A program made the translations under genes and the position numbers. From Lepidodermella squamata (Eukaryota > Animalia > Gastrotricha), in the NCBI GenBank assembly GCA_047495785.1, contig JBLDXI010000003.1, forward strand, positions 3,348,001 to 3,412,000: a stretch of DNA of 64,000 nucleotides. The letters run 5' to 3'. Below are positions 61,801 through 64,000 of the stretch, in pieces. The notes below the pieces were generated by a model, which worked only from the letters and a program-made list of their open reading frames with translations, did not search any database and was not told the origin of the DNA. Position 1 is the stretch's first letter. The number at the start of each line of letters is the position of its first letter.

Positions 61801-64000
61801 CAGAAGTTTCCTTTGCCCTCGAGATCAGTCAGCATACACCATCCGCGATGGAAGGCCCAACAACTCGACAAGATGATTACAAAAAGTCGACACAAAAACG
61901 TTACGATATCACGACATCTGACCCTGCTGGTTCGCAAGCCACTGCTGATTTCAAGTCGATAAAGTCTGAAAATTTGGCTAAGACGACCGCTTTCAGTATC
62001 TATCCTGCAAGCTCTTCTACTGAAAAATCAAACAAAGATGTCACGTTATCTGGGGAATGGAAATGGACATCTCCCGATTTGATATCTCAATCTACAAAAT
62101 CGTCGACTGGAAAAACGCCAGCCTTTGTTTCTGAATCAGGAAGGTCAGGAACTCCGAGCGATCATACTTCCTATCACGAATCAACTTTACCTGCTTCAAA
62201 ATTGAAGACAGAAGTTTCCTTTGCTCACGTGACAAGTCAGCAAACACCATCCGCGAATGTTGGCCCAACAACTCGACAAGATAATTACAAAAAGTCGACA
62301 CCAAAACGCTACGATATTACGACTTCTGACCAACCTTCTCGTACGCAAGTCTCTACTGGGCATGATTTAAAGTCGACGAGGTCCGAAAGCTTAGCTAAAA
62401 CAACCGCTTTTAGTGCATATCCATCGAGTTATTTCGCTGAAAAGTCGAGCATTGATTTCACGTTATCTAGGGAATTGAAATGGACATCTTCAAGGTCTGA
62501 TTACCCTTGGCCTTCAAGCGCCAGCCCGAGTGGTGGCACGAGAAAAGATAACGAGAGTTCTTTGACGTCTGTGAAGCAAGGAAATGAGCTTGGATTCAAC
62601 ACGACCCAATCTACACTGGATTCATCTCTTACTCAGAATGGCAAAGTCACATCGGCGACTGAATCGGGAAAGTACACTGAACCTTCTAAACTTTCGTCAG
62701 TTGACAAAGGTTGGATTGGTTCAACTACTGATTCAAAATCCGATCTTTCAAGTACTGCCAAGCTTCCAAATAGGACAGAAAGTCGCCCTGAGACTTTGTA
62801 CTCTGCGACGCAAATAATTCCCAACCTAAAAGGAAGCTCCACTTTAGGTCCAGCCCATACTGGAAAACCGGAGGGAAGCGATTCATCGCCGCGAAAGATC
62901 ACTGAAACCAGCACTGTTCAGTCCATCTTGTACTCGTCTTTGCCTAGTGTCGTTAAAGTCAGCTTTGCGACTAGTTCAAGAGGCAGCACCAAATCTTCGA
63001 GACCTCAGTCAGCTGAAAATCGATGGACTACAGCAATTGCTGTGGATACAAAAGTGCCGTTTGGGTCTAGTACTGTCGACCTTCCTGGTCGTTCAGAAAG
63101 TTCTGATCGATCCCAAAAACTTTCGACCGCGCCTCTGCCATTTTCCTACGGAAGAAGAAGCTCCACTCCAGGTGCTTCCAGCCATATCTGGACGGATAAA
63201 ATAGCCGAGGTCACTTCGTCGTCGATCAAAAGGGGTAATAATGAATTTAGCAGCACTCAATCTGTACCACTCTCATCTTTACTTCAAACAGGCGATGTCA
63301 CTCCTGTGGTTGATAGCAGCCAACCTTCGAGATTTCATTCAGTTGATGATAGATTGGTCACTTCAACCACCAAATCAAAATCGGAATTGTTTCTTTCGAG
63401 TACTGTCCATCCTGGTAGTCTGTTGAGCAGTTCGCACAGTGAAACTTTTTCCTCTTCCACTCCGAAACTCATCAAGGAAATAGAAAGCTCTACTGATACT
63501 GGCTTCAGTCGGATCCAGATTTCAACCACAACCAATGAGGCGAACCATTCCCTTGTGAAAACCGAGTTGATCGGGTCGACCCGAGCTTCGAAAGATTCAT
63601 CAGTTTCATCTAGTGGCTCCTCAATCTCACCCTTGGGATCTTCAAGAAAGGACCTTGCAGCAACGACTGAAAAATCACGGCAAGATCTAGGTCTGAGCAC
63701 TCCAGGCAGAAGTCAAACCCCTAGTCTTGCTACGAGTGGATCCTCTCAGGAGCCATTGGGGGGAACCACCGTTCAGATTGATGTGAAATTTTCCTCGACC
63801 GGGAACCGATATACAGCCATTACTCCAGAATCTGGTCAATCGACTTCGCCTATCGATTCAACTCATTCAAGTCATCTTTCTAAGATCCAACCAAGTCAAA
63901 TACTTTCCACAGCGATGACTGGTAGAAAAGGTTCGAGCATCTCACCTGGCTCGAATGATGGCTTATCCACCGCCTCCGTCGCTACAGGTGGAGAAGGTTC
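58870..64000 (+). CDS. Large extracellular protein: two C-type lectin domains (first interrupted by a WSC-like domain) + >1,200-aa Ser/Thr mucin-like stalk; runs past the window end
   Basis: Exons 58870-59388, 59441-60099, 60152->64000. CTLD motifs FCY, SYDEANDYC, LAII, LIGL, WRW, NW, C..W.DKIC..FLC, and in the second domain FCY, FDDALDFC, WIG. The last exon is S/T-rich; I spot-checked rather than fully translated it. Confidence 0.8.
61686..62490 (+). repeat. Internal 408-bp (136-codon) tandem duplication in the mucin-like exon
   Basis: GATCATAC at 61752 and 62160. The block GGCCCAACAACTCGACAAGAT.ATTACAAAAAGTCGACAC occurs twice. Confidence 0.85.

Overview
Eukaryotic (animal, invertebrate-like; taxon not identifiable from sequence alone) compact genomic window with short AT-rich GT-AG introns. 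All gene models below were assembled by hand from splice sites and frame continuity. From left to right: the 3' half of a tRNA-Arg gene; two tandem VIT+VWA (VWA5A-like) genes that carry signal peptides; an SDR-type L-threonine 3-dehydrogenase; a class A GPCR; a ~24.5 kb cluster (15.1-39.5 kb, all minus strand) of seven secreted low-complexity proteins that share exon-1 layout, shuffled sequence modules and an upstream CACGYG motif pair; two paralogous genes with an inactive trypsin-like domain, a SAM-like helical segment and ankyrin repeats; a type II membrane protein with two fused LicD/fukutin-like domains; an intact two-ORF LINE; and the 5' part of a large C-type lectin/WSC/mucin gene. Several non-autonomous DNA transposons are present (two with 9-bp TSDs, two with TA TSDs). 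The best candidate for an undescribed system is the seven-gene secreted cluster. It includes a ~1,790-aa protein with a 20-aa tandem repeat and a 13-exon gene carrying 18 H-x-x-C-x-x-H-E motifs, eight of them on symmetric duplicated mini-exons. It looks like a co-regulated secreted material (glue, tube, cocoon or slime), although that function is inference.
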